Shown here: positions 7,579 through 16,298 of the stretch, one piece after another
Numbering within the stretch: position 1 is the stretch's first letter
Layout: each line of letters opens with the position of its first letter
Source of the DNA: a bacterium
GTDB lineage: Bacteria; Bacillota; Clostridia; TANB77; RGIG9151
Assembly: GCA_963635575.1 (NCBI GenBank)
Contig: CAVHFU010000023.1
Coordinates: forward strand, 1 to 22,292
Direction of reading: 5' to 3'
DNA length: 22,292 bases
Notes under the pieces: generated by a model
The model's database searches: none
The model's input: the letters and a program-made list of their open reading frames with translations, nothing else
Told to the model about the DNA's origin: nothing
Position numbers and translations under genes: made by a program

Positions 7579-8046
7579 CTATGCTTGATTCTTTTCTTTG
7601 AATCTCATAGCCATTTCCTTTTGAGCACTTTTTTTAGCTATATCTTGACGTTTGTCATATAATTTCTTACCCTTTCCAATGCCAATGGTTAGCTTTGCCC
7701 ATTTACCCTTTAAATATAGTTCTGTTGGTACAAGTGTTATGCCTTCTCTTTTTATCAAACCTATTAACTTATTAATTTCCTTTTTAGTAACAAGCAATCT
7801 ACGTTTTCGAATAGGATCTACATTAAAAATATTTCCTTTTTCATAAGGACTTATATGCATACTGCTAATAAACATTTCACCTTTATCTATATATGCATAA
7901 CTATCTTTTAAATTAACATTTCCCATTTTAATTGATTTTATTTCAGTCCCTGTAAGCTCTATTCCGGCTTCAAACGTATCATTAATAAAATAATCGTGAT
8001 ATGCTTTCTTATTAGAAGCAATTTTTTTAATAGGATAATTCGGCAT
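7579..8046 (-). CDS. smpB: SsrA-binding protein SmpB
   Basis: NKKAYHDYFI...EAGIELTGTEIKS...LVPT..Y signature. ATG 8046 follows AAGGTGGTGA. The ORF-track start 8067 lacks an SD. Its stop is 5 nt from the ssrA 5' end. Confidence 0.93.
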   Translation of the reverse strand: MPNYPIKKIASNKKAYHDYFINDTFEAGIELTGTEIKSIKMGNVNLKDSYAYIDKGEMFISSMHISPYEKGNIFNVDPIRKRRLLVTKKEINKLIGLIKREGITLVPTELYLKGKWAKLTIGIGKGKKLYDKRQDIAKKSAQKEMAMRFKEKNQA

Positions 8047-8146
8047 CTTTTTCACCACCTTCAACACTCATTGATTATACACCAAAAAGTGATATTATAC
8101 AATACCGCAATTATTTTTTACTGATGTTTACAATAATTTTTTTATG

Positions 8147-8175
8147 TTGACAAATCCTTCCACATATAGTATAAT
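8147..8175 (+). promoter_or_regulatory. consensus sigma-A promoter of the beta-lactamase-fold gene
   Basis: TTGACA (8147-8152), 17-nt spacer, TATAAT (8170-8175). Confidence 0.7.
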
Positions 8176-8233
8176 CAGACTTGTAATTAAATTTATAAAT
8201 ATCCAATTATATTTTTAAATGGAGGGAAATTTC

Positions 8234-9475
8234 ATGAAAAAGGTTTTATCTCTTGTTGTAGCATTCATCCTTTGCTTCAGCATATTTACCAGTTACGTAA
8301 TGGCAAACGACCCTGAACTCGAAACCGTCAAAGTCGAAACAGAATCTGAAGAAAATTCCCTTGCACCCAAAGCAATTTCTGTTGATAATCCAACAAGAAC
8401 TACCAATCAAGGCAGCGTACCATATGTTCCTACTCAAGTATTTGTTACTTATGATGATGGGACGAAGAAGCTCGTAAATGTTAACTGGAACCCAATTAGC
8501 AAGTATTCTTACCAAATTGCTAAGGACTTCTATATCCATGGCACCGTAGAAGGAACCGATCTCGAAGTAAAATGCTTAATTAAAGTTAATCCGACTCGCG
8601 ATCTTGGTCATGCAATTATTAGAGATGACACCTATGTCCAAAATACAATTACGGTGAATAACAACCCAACATACATAGTTCCCGAAGAACTCAGGAAGAA
8701 AATTTACGATACTTTGGGTTACTATAAAAACACATACGGAATACAAGCAAGTTTTACAGCCATTTCGCTAAAGGATTACACAACAATATCCTATAACGCA
8801 GATGAAGAATATCCCCCTGCAAGTACACTTAAAGCTCCATATTCCCTGTACATGTACAAAGAAATTGCTAACAAACGCTTTACACTTGACACCGCTATGG
8901 CATATCAAGAGTGCTACTGGGAAATAAGCTGTGGTGTAATTAAATACTCCGCTCCCGGGACTCTTTGGTCACTGAGAAATATCCTATTTCAGACTCTTAA
9001 TATTTCCGACAATACGGGATATTATATGCTAAGAGCGATGGGTGGATGCGAAGGTTATAAAGAAATGCTAAATTCTCTCGGTTGTACGACACCCGATCCA
9101 TACAGAGCTTGGGCAAACGTAACACCACATGACCTTTCGGTTCTTTGGAATGAAATTTATAATTTCTCGTTCACATGTCCCGAAGGAGAATTACTTATGG
9201 ACACATTAGTAAATGCACAATATAACTTCATAAAAGAAGGATTGGGCACTTACACAAAAGTCGCACACAAGTCCGGTTTCAATGCAAAAGGATACCACGA
9301 TTCTGCTATCATCTTTGGTGACTCTGATCCTAATGCAGAATTTGCAACAAACGATTATATCTTGACTATAATGACAAAGACGTACAGTCAATACGTTAAC
9401 AACGCTTTGCTTACTTCTTTGGCAAAAAGTATCGATGAAGTCATGAAAGACTTAACTTCATTTCAGAACAAGTAA
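8234..9475 (+). CDS. secreted class-A beta-lactamase-fold serine hydrolase with an N-terminal Ig-like (Big_4-type) domain
   Basis: Signal peptide MKKVLSLVVAFILCFSIFTSYVMA. Motifs S-x-x-K (ASTLK), S-D-N (NISDNTG) and K-S-G (AHKSGF) occur in class-A order. Big_4-like VFVTYDDGTKKLVNVNW...GTVEG. ATG 8234 follows GGAGGG, whereas ORF-track start 8219 overlaps the SD. Confidence 0.8.
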   Translation: MKKVLSLVVAFILCFSIFTSYVMANDPELETVKVETESEENSLAPKAISVDNPTRTTNQGSVPYVPTQVFVTYDDGTKKLVNVNWNPISKYSYQIAKDFYIHGTVEGTDLEVKCLIKVNPTRDLGHAIIRDDTYVQNTITVNNNPTYIVPEELRKKIYDTLGYYKNTYGIQASFTAISLKDYTTISYNADEEYPPASTLKAPYSLYMYKEIANKRFTLDTAMAYQECYWEISCGVIKYSAPGTLWSLRNILFQTLNISDNTGYYMLRAMGGCEGYKEMLNSLGCTTPDPYRAWANVTPHDLSVLWNEIYNFSFTCPEGELLMDTLVNAQYNFIKEGLGTYTKVAHKSGFNAKGYHDSAIIFGDSDPNAEFATNDYILTIMTKTYSQYVNNALLTSLAKSIDEVMKDLTSFQNK

Positions 9476-9476
9476 C

Positions 9477-9506
9477 TAAAAAGACCACTTCGGTGGTCTT
9501 TTTTCT
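9477..9506. terminator. bidirectional rho-independent terminator
   Basis: AAGACCAC-TTCG-GTGGTCTT (9481-9500) with an A-run before and a T-run after, between convergent genes. Confidence 0.85.
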
Positions 9507-9513
9507 TAACGTT

Positions 9514-11166
9514 TTATTCCTCCTGGAAACAACTTCCGCCTATAAACTCCCTGATAATAGAATTTTCAGGCACTTTCTCAGAGCCAACAGGTTCAAAATA
9601 TTGTAAGAAATCAAGCAAACTTTTAGCCTTGCTATAATAAATAGAATCTTTCCCGATTTCTTTAAGAAGTGGTTCAGCCACTACTTTTAGAACACATATC
9701 TCATAAAACATCGAGGAGTTAAACATAGCATCAGCATCTTCTTGGTAAGGAAAAATATTTCTCTCTTCTCCTCTTCTTACAGCATCCCAAAGTTCTAAAG
9801 TCCTTTCAGGCGAATGTCCTCTATACTTATAATCTCTAACCATTCGTCTAAGCAGTCTTGCATCAGTAGTAGGAATAGAATTATGGTCATCAATATTTAT
9901 AGACGTCAAAGCACTTATATATATCTTAAACTTATTCTCTCTTGGTATTTCCTTCGTAAGTTCTTCGTTTAGTGCATGTATTCCCTCAAAAATTAAAACT
10001 TCATTCTCTTCTAATTTTATCTTTCTACCATTATAATGTCTTGTACCGGTTACAAAGTCAAAAGTAGGTAACTCAACTTCTTCTCCGGCTAGTAACTTTG
10101 TCAAATGCTCATTAAATAACTTCAAATCAACAGCATATAAACTCTCAAAATCAGGCTTCCCATCCTCACCCATCGGAGTATGTTTCCTATCAACAAAATA
10201 ATCATCCAGAGCTATTGGCACAGCCTTAATTCCATTAACCATAAGTTGAATCGCTAGTCTGTGTGACGAAGTGGTTTTACCGGAAGATGACGGACCGGCA
10301 ATAAGTACAATTTTCTTTTTAGGGTCATCCTTTATTTTATCCGCAATTACGCCATACTTCTTTTCTTGAAGAGCCTCGGCAATTCTCATATATTCTTCCA
10401 TTCTGCCTTGTCTTACAATATCATTTAGCATAGAAACATTTTCAACACCCAAAATCTTATTCCATTTCTTAAACTCTCTAAATATTTCAAAAAGTTTCTT
10501 TTGATCATTATAAGAAGGAAGATTGTAAAAATTTCCCTTCTCGGGATATCTTAGTATAAAACCTCCTTCATATAATCTTAGTTCAAACATAGTCAAATAG
10601 CCGGAATTAGGTACTAAATATCCATAAAAGTAATCGTTCCAATCGCCAAACGAATAAATTGTTACCATATCCATATCTAGCGTGTCCAATACTCCAACTT
10701 TATCAGGTTGCTCTAAACTCATATAGATATTTTTAGCTTCCTCTTTAGAAACTTTTCTCTTTATAAAAGGAATTTTCTCAACAACAAGTTCCCTCATTCT
10801 TTCTTCAATTTTCTTGCGTAATTCCTCATTAATCGAAACAGGACAATTATGGAGTTCACAATACACCCCTTTATTAATAGAATGCTCAACTACAACATCA
10901 GATTCCGGATATAATTCCTCGCAAACTCTTATAAACAAGAACAACAAACTTCTTCTGTAAATGCTTACACCTTCAGAGGTAGTATAATCAATTAAACTAA
11001 CAACAGCATCTTCATCTAATTTATGTCTTAAACTTCTAGATTCGTTATTAACAATCGCACCTAGTACAGGCGAAGGATTACTTATTCCATAAGAGTTCAT
11101 AAAATCAATTATTCTCGTATCTTTTTCTACTTCAAAAACTTTATCTCCTAACGTTATTTTTACCAT
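9514..11166 (-). CDS. TGS/ThrRS-N-terminal-like domain fused to a uridine kinase/phosphoribulokinase-family P-loop nucleoside kinase
   Basis: 550 aa. Central P-loop IAGPSSSGKTTSS. The C-terminal half resembles Udk/PRK. SD AAAGGAGG. It starts 13 nt after the upstream stop. Confidence 0.75.
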   Translation of the reverse strand: MVKITLGDKVFEVEKDTRIIDFMNSYGISNPSPVLGAIVNNESRSLRHKLDEDAVVSLIDYTTSEGVSIYRRSLLFLFIRVCEELYPESDVVVEHSINKGVYCELHNCPVSINEELRKKIEERMRELVVEKIPFIKRKVSKEEAKNIYMSLEQPDKVGVLDTLDMDMVTIYSFGDWNDYFYGYLVPNSGYLTMFELRLYEGGFILRYPEKGNFYNLPSYNDQKKLFEIFREFKKWNKILGVENVSMLNDIVRQGRMEEYMRIAEALQEKKYGVIADKIKDDPKKKIVLIAGPSSSGKTTSSHRLAIQLMVNGIKAVPIALDDYFVDRKHTPMGEDGKPDFESLYAVDLKLFNEHLTKLLAGEEVELPTFDFVTGTRHYNGRKIKLEENEVLIFEGIHALNEELTKEIPRENKFKIYISALTSINIDDHNSIPTTDARLLRRMVRDYKYRGHSPERTLELWDAVRRGEERNIFPYQEDADAMFNSSMFYEICVLKVVAEPLLKEIGKDSIYYSKAKSLLDFLQYFEPVGSEKVPENSIIREFIGGSCFQEE

Positions 11167-11179
11167 TTTAACGCCTCCT

Positions 11180-12877
11180 TTAGCATCTTTTTATCTTATG
11201 CGTAGTTGTCTTATTAAATTCTTTTTCTTGTATTTCAAATTCTTTTACATACTTATAAGACGGCATCTTCTTATTAGCCTTTTTAACTTCTACCTCTATC
11301 AGTTTTCTTAATTCTTCTTCAGACATATTAAAACGTTCTGTATCTCTTCTTATCGCATCATAATCAGGAACAATAATAGCACATACTTTAGGCTCAATCT
11401 CATTTTCAACCTCTTTGCCATAAACGACACATTCCTTTATGTATTCACTTTCACTTAAGTATGCTTCTACCTCTTCAGGGAAAATATTTTTCCCATTCTT
11501 AGTTACAATAACATTCTTTTTTCTTCCTGTTATATAATAATAACCTTCTTTATCCTTATAGCCTAAATCTCCCGTATTTAGCCAACCATCTTTTAATGCC
11601 TTATCAGTTGCTTCTTTGTTTTCAAAGTATCCCTTCATAACCATAGGACCTTTTACCCAAATTTCACCTACTCCATTAGCATCAGGCTCAACTATTTTTA
11701 CTTCAACTCCAGGCAATGGTAAACCAATAGAATCATTTTTATATTTTTGAACATGATTAACAAACACAATCGGGGACGCCTCAGTAAGCCCATATCCTTG
11801 CATTACAAAAAAGCCTAAGTCTTGTAATCCCTTCAAAACTTCCGGTTTACTAGCTGCTCCACCTGCAATAGCAATTCTCATTCTATCTCCGCCAAAAGCC
11901 TCTAATACTTCTTTAAATAGCTTTTTACGAATATCTACATTCACCATTCTAGCCATTTTACTAATTTTTAGGCCTGTTTTTAACTTTCCTTCTTTCCCAT
12001 TTTTTCTAGCTGTTTCCCAAAGCTTTTTATAGATATTTTCATAAATTAATGGTACAGCTAACATTACAGTAGGACGCACTTCTTTTAAGTTTTGAACCAT
12101 ATGTTTTAGTCCTTCACAGAAAGAAGTTGTGACTCCGTTATATAGCATCAATAAGAAACTTACAGTACATTCATATGTATGATGCAATGGCAAAATAGAT
12201 AAATTAATATCATCTTCCGTAACATTTACCACCATAGACGTAGCAACTATATCGGAGCATACATTTCTTTGAGAAAGCATAACACCTTTTGCAAGACCGG
12301 TTGTTCCAGACGTAAACAATAAAATAGTAGGTTCATCTGGATTAACCTTTGCGTTAATAAATTTCTTATCACCTATTCTAATTAAGTCATTTCCCTTCTT
12401 CATTAGCTTCTCAAAAGACAAGCACCCTTCCGCGTCATCAGGAATATCCATATTTATAAAATATTTAATATCTTTTAACCCAACAACAGCCTCAGCCAAC
12501 TTATCCTTCATTTTATTAGAGAAAATTATCGCTTTTACTTTTGAGACTTCAAGCAAATATCTTAATTCATTTACAGGCAATTCCTTATCTAATGGCACAA
12601 TAGTACCCGTACCACAAGTAACAGCCAAATATGTAAGACACCATTCATATCTGTTTTCACCAATAACAGCTATTTTTTCGTGCTTTAGTCCCATATTTAC
12701 AAACTCAGTTCCTACAGCATCTATATCTTTCTTTAATTCTCTATACTTTATTCCTGTATATTCTCCCATAATTCCTTTAACGGAGAAAGCATTTTTATTT
12801 CCATATATACTTACACTTTGATTTATTAAATCCTTAAAATCTGTAATTTCTCTCTTTTCGTAATACGGCTTTGTCAA
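11180..12877 (-). CDS. AMP-dependent acyl-CoA synthetase (long-chain fatty-acid--CoA ligase family)
   Basis: AMP-binding motif LLFTSGTTGLAKGVMLSQRN, plus GYGLTE and TGDLGY motifs. TTG start (12875-12877) 8 nt after GGAGGGA. Confidence 0.88.
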   Translation of the reverse strand: MTKPYYEKREITDFKDLINQSVSIYGNKNAFSVKGIMGEYTGIKYRELKKDIDAVGTEFVNMGLKHEKIAVIGENRYEWCLTYLAVTCGTGTIVPLDKELPVNELRYLLEVSKVKAIIFSNKMKDKLAEAVVGLKDIKYFINMDIPDDAEGCLSFEKLMKKGNDLIRIGDKKFINAKVNPDEPTILLFTSGTTGLAKGVMLSQRNVCSDIVATSMVVNVTEDDINLSILPLHHTYECTVSFLLMLYNGVTTSFCEGLKHMVQNLKEVRPTVMLAVPLIYENIYKKLWETARKNGKEGKLKTGLKISKMARMVNVDIRKKLFKEVLEAFGGDRMRIAIAGGAASKPEVLKGLQDLGFFVMQGYGLTEASPIVFVNHVQKYKNDSIGLPLPGVEVKIVEPDANGVGEIWVKGPMVMKGYFENKEATDKALKDGWLNTGDLGYKDKEGYYYITGRKKNVIVTKNGKNIFPEEVEAYLSESEYIKECVVYGKEVENEIEPKVCAIIVPDYDAIRRDTERFNMSEEELRKLIEVEVKKANKKMPSYKYVKEFEIQEKEFNKTTTHKIKRC

Positions 12878-12937
12878 AAAAAATCCCTCCTACTCTATAT
12901 GACATCCTATCATAATTTTAAAAAATAAACAACTTTT

Positions 12938-13810
12938 TTAAAAATCTTTAACTGTCACTCCTATATTACTCATGACTATAATCTTCTTAAAAAGCCCATG
13001 TTCTATAAGTTTTTTTAGTCCTTCGCTCCTGTTTAAATCTTGAATATTTTTTCCATGTGCCGTTGCAATCACCTTAACTCCGGAATTTATTGCATACATT
13101 ATAGCCTCTGCATCATCATCTGTGCCAATCTCATCAGTCGCAACAAAATCCGGCCGCATAGAGCGTACCATCATCCTAATTCCGTCATTCTTGTTCACTC
13201 CGTCCATCACATCAGTTCGTTTACCAACATCGTTTTGAGGAATCCCATTAAAACAAGCCGCAATTTCAGTTCTCTCGTCAATAAGACTTACTTCATATCC
13301 ACTATTACTTATCTGACGTACAATATCCCTAAGCACAGTCGTTTTTCCTACTCCAGGTGGAGATATAATCAAAGTATTTTCAAAAAGCCCATTTTTCTTT
13401 ATTAAATTTATTATCTTATCTCCGGCACCAATAACTTGTCGTGCCATTCTAAAATTAAGACTAGACACATCTTTTATATTATAAATCTTTCCATCCTTAT
13501 ATAGAGGTTTCCCCGAAATACCTACTCTATGTCCGCCAAATATAGTAACAAAACCATTAGATATTTCGTCAGTAAATGCATATATTGAATTCCCACATAT
13601 ACATTCAAAAATCTTATTAATAGTTTCTTTATCTATATTTACATTATCAATAACTATATCATTAGAAAAAGTCTTTAAAATAATAGGCTTATTAACTCTT
13701 ATTCTTATTTCTCTTATATCTTTTAACTTGCAATTCGCATTTTTTATTATAGAGTCTCTAATTTGCATAGGAAAATATTTTAAAATTTCATTTTTTATTC
13801 TTTCTTCCAT
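12938..13810 (-). CDS. spoIIIAA: stage III sporulation protein AA-like AAA ATPase
   Basis: Collinear with B. subtilis SpoIIIAA as I recall it: EIRIRVNKP, VTIFGGHRVGISG, Walker A SPPGVGKTTVLRD, IDERTEIAA, Walker B ATDEIG. GGAGG SD. Confidence 0.85.
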   Translation of the reverse strand: MEERIKNEILKYFPMQIRDSIIKNANCKLKDIREIRIRVNKPIILKTFSNDIVIDNVNIDKETINKIFECICGNSIYAFTDEISNGFVTIFGGHRVGISGKPLYKDGKIYNIKDVSSLNFRMARQVIGAGDKIINLIKKNGLFENTLIISPPGVGKTTVLRDIVRQISNSGYEVSLIDERTEIAACFNGIPQNDVGKRTDVMDGVNKNDGIRMMVRSMRPDFVATDEIGTDDDAEAIMYAINSGVKVIATAHGKNIQDLNRSEGLKKLIEHGLFKKIIVMSNIGVTVKDF

Positions 13811-13836
13811 TTTTTAATCCTCCATGCAATTATTTT

Positions 13837-13864
13837 ATTGTATGAAATATTCATTTTCAAGCAA
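13837..13864 (-). promoter_or_regulatory. putative promoter of spoIIIAA
   Basis: On the minus strand: TTGCTT (13859-13864), 16-nt spacer, TACAAT (13837-13842). The same -10 reads CATACAAT (13837-13844), which also fits the sigma-E -10 consensus CATACAnT. Confidence 0.35.
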
Positions 13865-13884
13865 AACATTTAGACGATTTTCGA

Positions 13885-13922
13885 CACAAAAATAACGGAC
13901 AACTAAATTAATTGTCCGTTAA
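13885..13922 (-). terminator. rho-independent terminator of the nfeD-SPFH operon
   Basis: AACGGACAA (13894-13902) / TTGTCCGTT (13912-13920), followed by ATTTTT on the minus strand. Confidence 0.75.
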
Positions 13923-13933
13923 AAATATCATGT

Positions 13934-14869
13934 CTACTTAGCTTCAAATAATGCACTTACAGAAGCCAATGTCTTAGTAGCATCAAAAGGAATAAATACC
14001 TTGTTTGCTTGACCATCAGCAACTTTTTCAAGTGCTTCTAAAGACTTAATAGCAACAAGCTTTTCATCAGGTTTAGCCTCTCTTATTGCTCCATAAACTA
14101 GCTCTATTTCTCTAGCCTTCGCTTCAGCAATTTGACGAATCGCTTCTGATTCACCAGTAGCCTCTAGTATCTTAGCTTCCTTAATACCTTCAGCACGACG
14201 GATGTTAGATTCTTTTTCAGCCTCTGCTCTTAAAATTTGAGCTTCCTTTTCACCTTCTGCGCGAGTAATTGAACTTTGTCTTTCACCCTCAGCATCTAGA
14301 ATTTTAGCTCTCTTAGTTCTCTCAGCATTCATTTGCTTTTCCATCGCATCTCTGATATCCGGTGGAGGCGTAATATCCTTTACCTCAACTCTTTCAACTT
14401 TACAGCCCCATTGGTCCGTAGCTTCATCTAAGATCTGTCTTAATTGGTCATTAATCATGTCTCTTGAGCAGAACGTATCATCCAAGTCCATCTTACCAAT
14501 AATATCTCTTATAGTTGTTATCGCAATATTCGCAATACCTGTGCGTAAATTAGAACCAATTTGATAAACAGCTTTCTCTGGATCTGTAATCTTATAAAAA
14601 ACTACTGTATCAATTCTGATAGTAACATTATCCTTTGTAATAACCCCTTGAGGAGGTACATCCATAATTTGTTGCTTTAAGTCTACAACCTGAGATATTC
14701 TATCAGTCACAGGATTGATAAAATTAAGTCCTGCTGTTAATGTGTGACTATACTTACCAAACCTCTCAACAATTTTCACTTCAGATGTTCTTACCATCTT
14801 CACAGACTTGTGAAGAACCATATAACAAACAAATAATATAATAACTGTCCATACTAATATACTATCCAT
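13934..14869 (-). CDS. SPFH/band-7 (stomatin/prohibitin-like) membrane protein
   Basis: N-terminal TM, VITKDNVTIRIDTVVFYKITDP core, and an Ala/Glu/Lys-rich coiled-coil tail. ATG 14869 lies 7 nt after GGGAGAG, while the ORF-track GTG 14875 is too close to the SD. Confidence 0.9.
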   Translation of the reverse strand: MDSILVWTVIILFVCYMVLHKSVKMVRTSEVKIVERFGKYSHTLTAGLNFINPVTDRISQVVDLKQQIMDVPPQGVITKDNVTIRIDTVVFYKITDPEKAVYQIGSNLRTGIANIAITTIRDIIGKMDLDDTFCSRDMINDQLRQILDEATDQWGCKVERVEVKDITPPPDIRDAMEKQMNAERTKRAKILDAEGERQSSITRAEGEKEAQILRAEAEKESNIRRAEGIKEAKILEATGESEAIRQIAEAKAREIELVYGAIREAKPDEKLVAIKSLEALEKVADGQANKVFIPFDATKTLASVSALFEAK

Positions 14870-14885
14870 TTCCACACTCTCCCTG

Positions 14886-15338
14886 TTAATTATTTTTTTC
14901 TACCCCATTAGTAACTCTTCTTACAATAAGCTTTACGCCATCAATTTTAGCTATGCTGACAAGTTCATCAGTCAAAACAATTTCCTTTTCATTTTCATTT
15001 ACAGCTGTCCATATTTCGCCATTAATTTTTACTTTTCCTTTTCCGTTTATGTTATCAATAGATTCAATAACCTTAGCGGTTTTTCCTATTATTCCATTCA
15101 TATTCAATTCATCTCTTGCATCATTTTTAAAAACTTTAGTTGTGAGTGGTTTTATAAAAATAGCTGATATAACGGAAACAACTAAAAAAACTACTATCTG
15201 CACTGTAACGTTGGAGGTTATAAAAGATGTAACTAGGGCTACTAACGCACCAACAGAAAACCAGAACATAAAAAATATAGGGCATGCAAACTCACCAATA
15301 AGCATAATAACAGCAATAATTAGCCAAACAATAGCCAA
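14886..15338 (-). CDS. NfeD-family membrane protein
   Basis: Hydrophobic N-terminal half and a C-terminal OB-like segment (GKGKVKINGEIWTA), directly upstream of the SPFH gene, which is the classic pairing. The ORF-track GTG 15356 has no SD. GGAGG (15347-15351) lies inside that ORF and precedes TTG 15341 and TTG 15338, so the start is uncertain by 1-6 codons. Confidence 0.8.
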   Translation of the reverse strand: MAIVWLIIAVIMLIGEFACPIFFMFWFSVGALVALVTSFITSNVTVQIVVFLVVSVISAIFIKPLTTKVFKNDARDELNMNGIIGKTAKVIESIDNINGKGKVKINGEIWTAVNENEKEIVLTDELVSIAKIDGVKLIVRRVTNGVEKNN

Positions 15339-15424
15339 CAAAATCACCTCCCTCACTATTCAAGTGTATCAAAATTCGACAAAATCTTCAATACAAAAAA
15401 TAATAATTATTAATATAATATATA

Positions 15425-15453
15425 TTGACTTTATTTCCCAATTATGATAATAT
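15425..15453 (+). promoter_or_regulatory. sigma-A promoter of abrB
   Basis: TTGACT (15425-15430), 17-nt spacer, TGa-TAATAT extended -10 (15448-15453). Confidence 0.6.
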
Positions 15454-15479
15454 TGTCTAGTTAAAAGGGAGGAATTAAT

Positions 15480-15722
15480 ATGAAATCTACAGGTATAGTT
15501 AGAAAAGTTGATGAATTAGGTCGTGTTGTTTTACCTATCGAATTAAGACGTAATCTTGATATTGAAGAAAAAGATGCATTGGAAATTTATGTTGATGGAA
15601 ACACAGTAATACTAAAAAAATATGAGCCGGATTGCATCTTCTGTGGAAACGCAAAAGATATCGTTAATTTCAAAGGTAAAAACATTTGTGCTTCTTGCTT
15701 AAAGGAAATGAAAAAGGCATAG
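15480..15722 (+). CDS. abrB: AbrB-family transition-state regulator with a C-terminal CxxC...CxxC tail
   Basis: MKSTGIVRKVDELGRVVLPIELRRNLDI..DALEIYVD is near-identical to the AbrB SpoVT/AbrB swapped-hairpin domain. GGGAGG SD. The C-terminus is CIFCG-x14-CASC. Confidence 0.92.
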   Translation: MKSTGIVRKVDELGRVVLPIELRRNLDIEEKDALEIYVDGNTVILKKYEPDCIFCGNAKDIVNFKGKNICASCLKEMKKA

Positions 15723-15727
15723 TCATT

Positions 15728-15761
15728 AAAAAAGAATTCTGCTAATTCAGAATTCTTTTTT
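15728..15761. terminator. bidirectional rho-independent terminator
   Basis: AAAAAGAATTCTG / CAGAATTCTTTTT 13-bp stem. It overlaps the stop codon of the convergent YycI-like gene. Confidence 0.8.
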
Positions 15762-16281
15762 AATGCATTTTATTCATCTGCTCTCCTAAATATGCATTAT
15801 ATATGTACTCCGTTCCATCTTCTAACACTACCCTCCAAGCCGGTATGGCCTCTCCTGACAATACCGTTTTATCTATTTGACTCATCTCCGGATAATATCC
15901 CAAAACAATTTCTTTAATTGTTATATTTTCGAACTTCATATCTCTTATAAAATTAGTTAAGATTACAGGGAATGATAATACACTTCTATTTCTGCCAATA
16001 TATATATCTTTATCATTTATAATTTCACTTATGAAAATGAACTTAGGTTCAATATTCTCACTATTACTTATACTTATCTTTCTCATATATCCCCTAGTTT
16101 CCACTTTAGCCAAATCAAAATCACATTTTATATTTCTAGTCTCTAATATCGAACGTATTGACTCTATACTTTCAGCATTAACTGTACCAGCTTGATTTCT
16201 TTGATAAACTTTATACCCTAAAAAACAATTTAACATTATAAAAACAAAAATAAGAAAACTCTTTACCCATTTCCATTCCAC
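15760..16281 (-). CDS. YycI-like single-pass membrane protein
   Basis: N-terminus MEWKWVKSFLIFVFIMLNCFLGYKVY closely resembles the YycI N-terminal TM (MDW..K.IFI.AFL.LN.FLGYQ). GTG start 10 nt after AGGAGA. At 173 aa it is shorter than Bacillus YycI. Confidence 0.6.
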   Translation of the reverse strand: MEWKWVKSFLIFVFIMLNCFLGYKVYQRNQAGTVNAESIESIRSILETRNIKCDFDLAKVETRGYMRKISISNSENIEPKFIFISEIINDKDIYIGRNRSVLSFPVILTNFIRDMKFENITIKEIVLGYYPEMSQIDKTVLSGEAIPAWRVVLEDGTEYIYNAYLGEQMNKMH

Positions 16282-16298
16282 TTATAACACATCTCCTA

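Noticed and set aside
12870-12885. Homopolymeric T8/A8 tract between the SD and the TTG start of the acyl-CoA ligase, as a possible phase-variation switch
   Set aside because: The tract sets a normal 8-nt SD-to-start spacing. Such runs are common in this AT-rich genome, and nothing suggests slipped-strand variants.
15375-15461. Spo0A boxes near abrB: a perfect TTCGACA (reverse of TGTCGAA) at 15375-15381 and a 5/7 match TGTCTAG at 15455-15461
   Set aside because: By my rough estimate, a 7-mer is expected by chance a few times in 22 kb on two strands. The perfect copy is upstream of the -35 rather than downstream of the start, where the B. subtilis abrB boxes lie. The sequence alone gives too little support.
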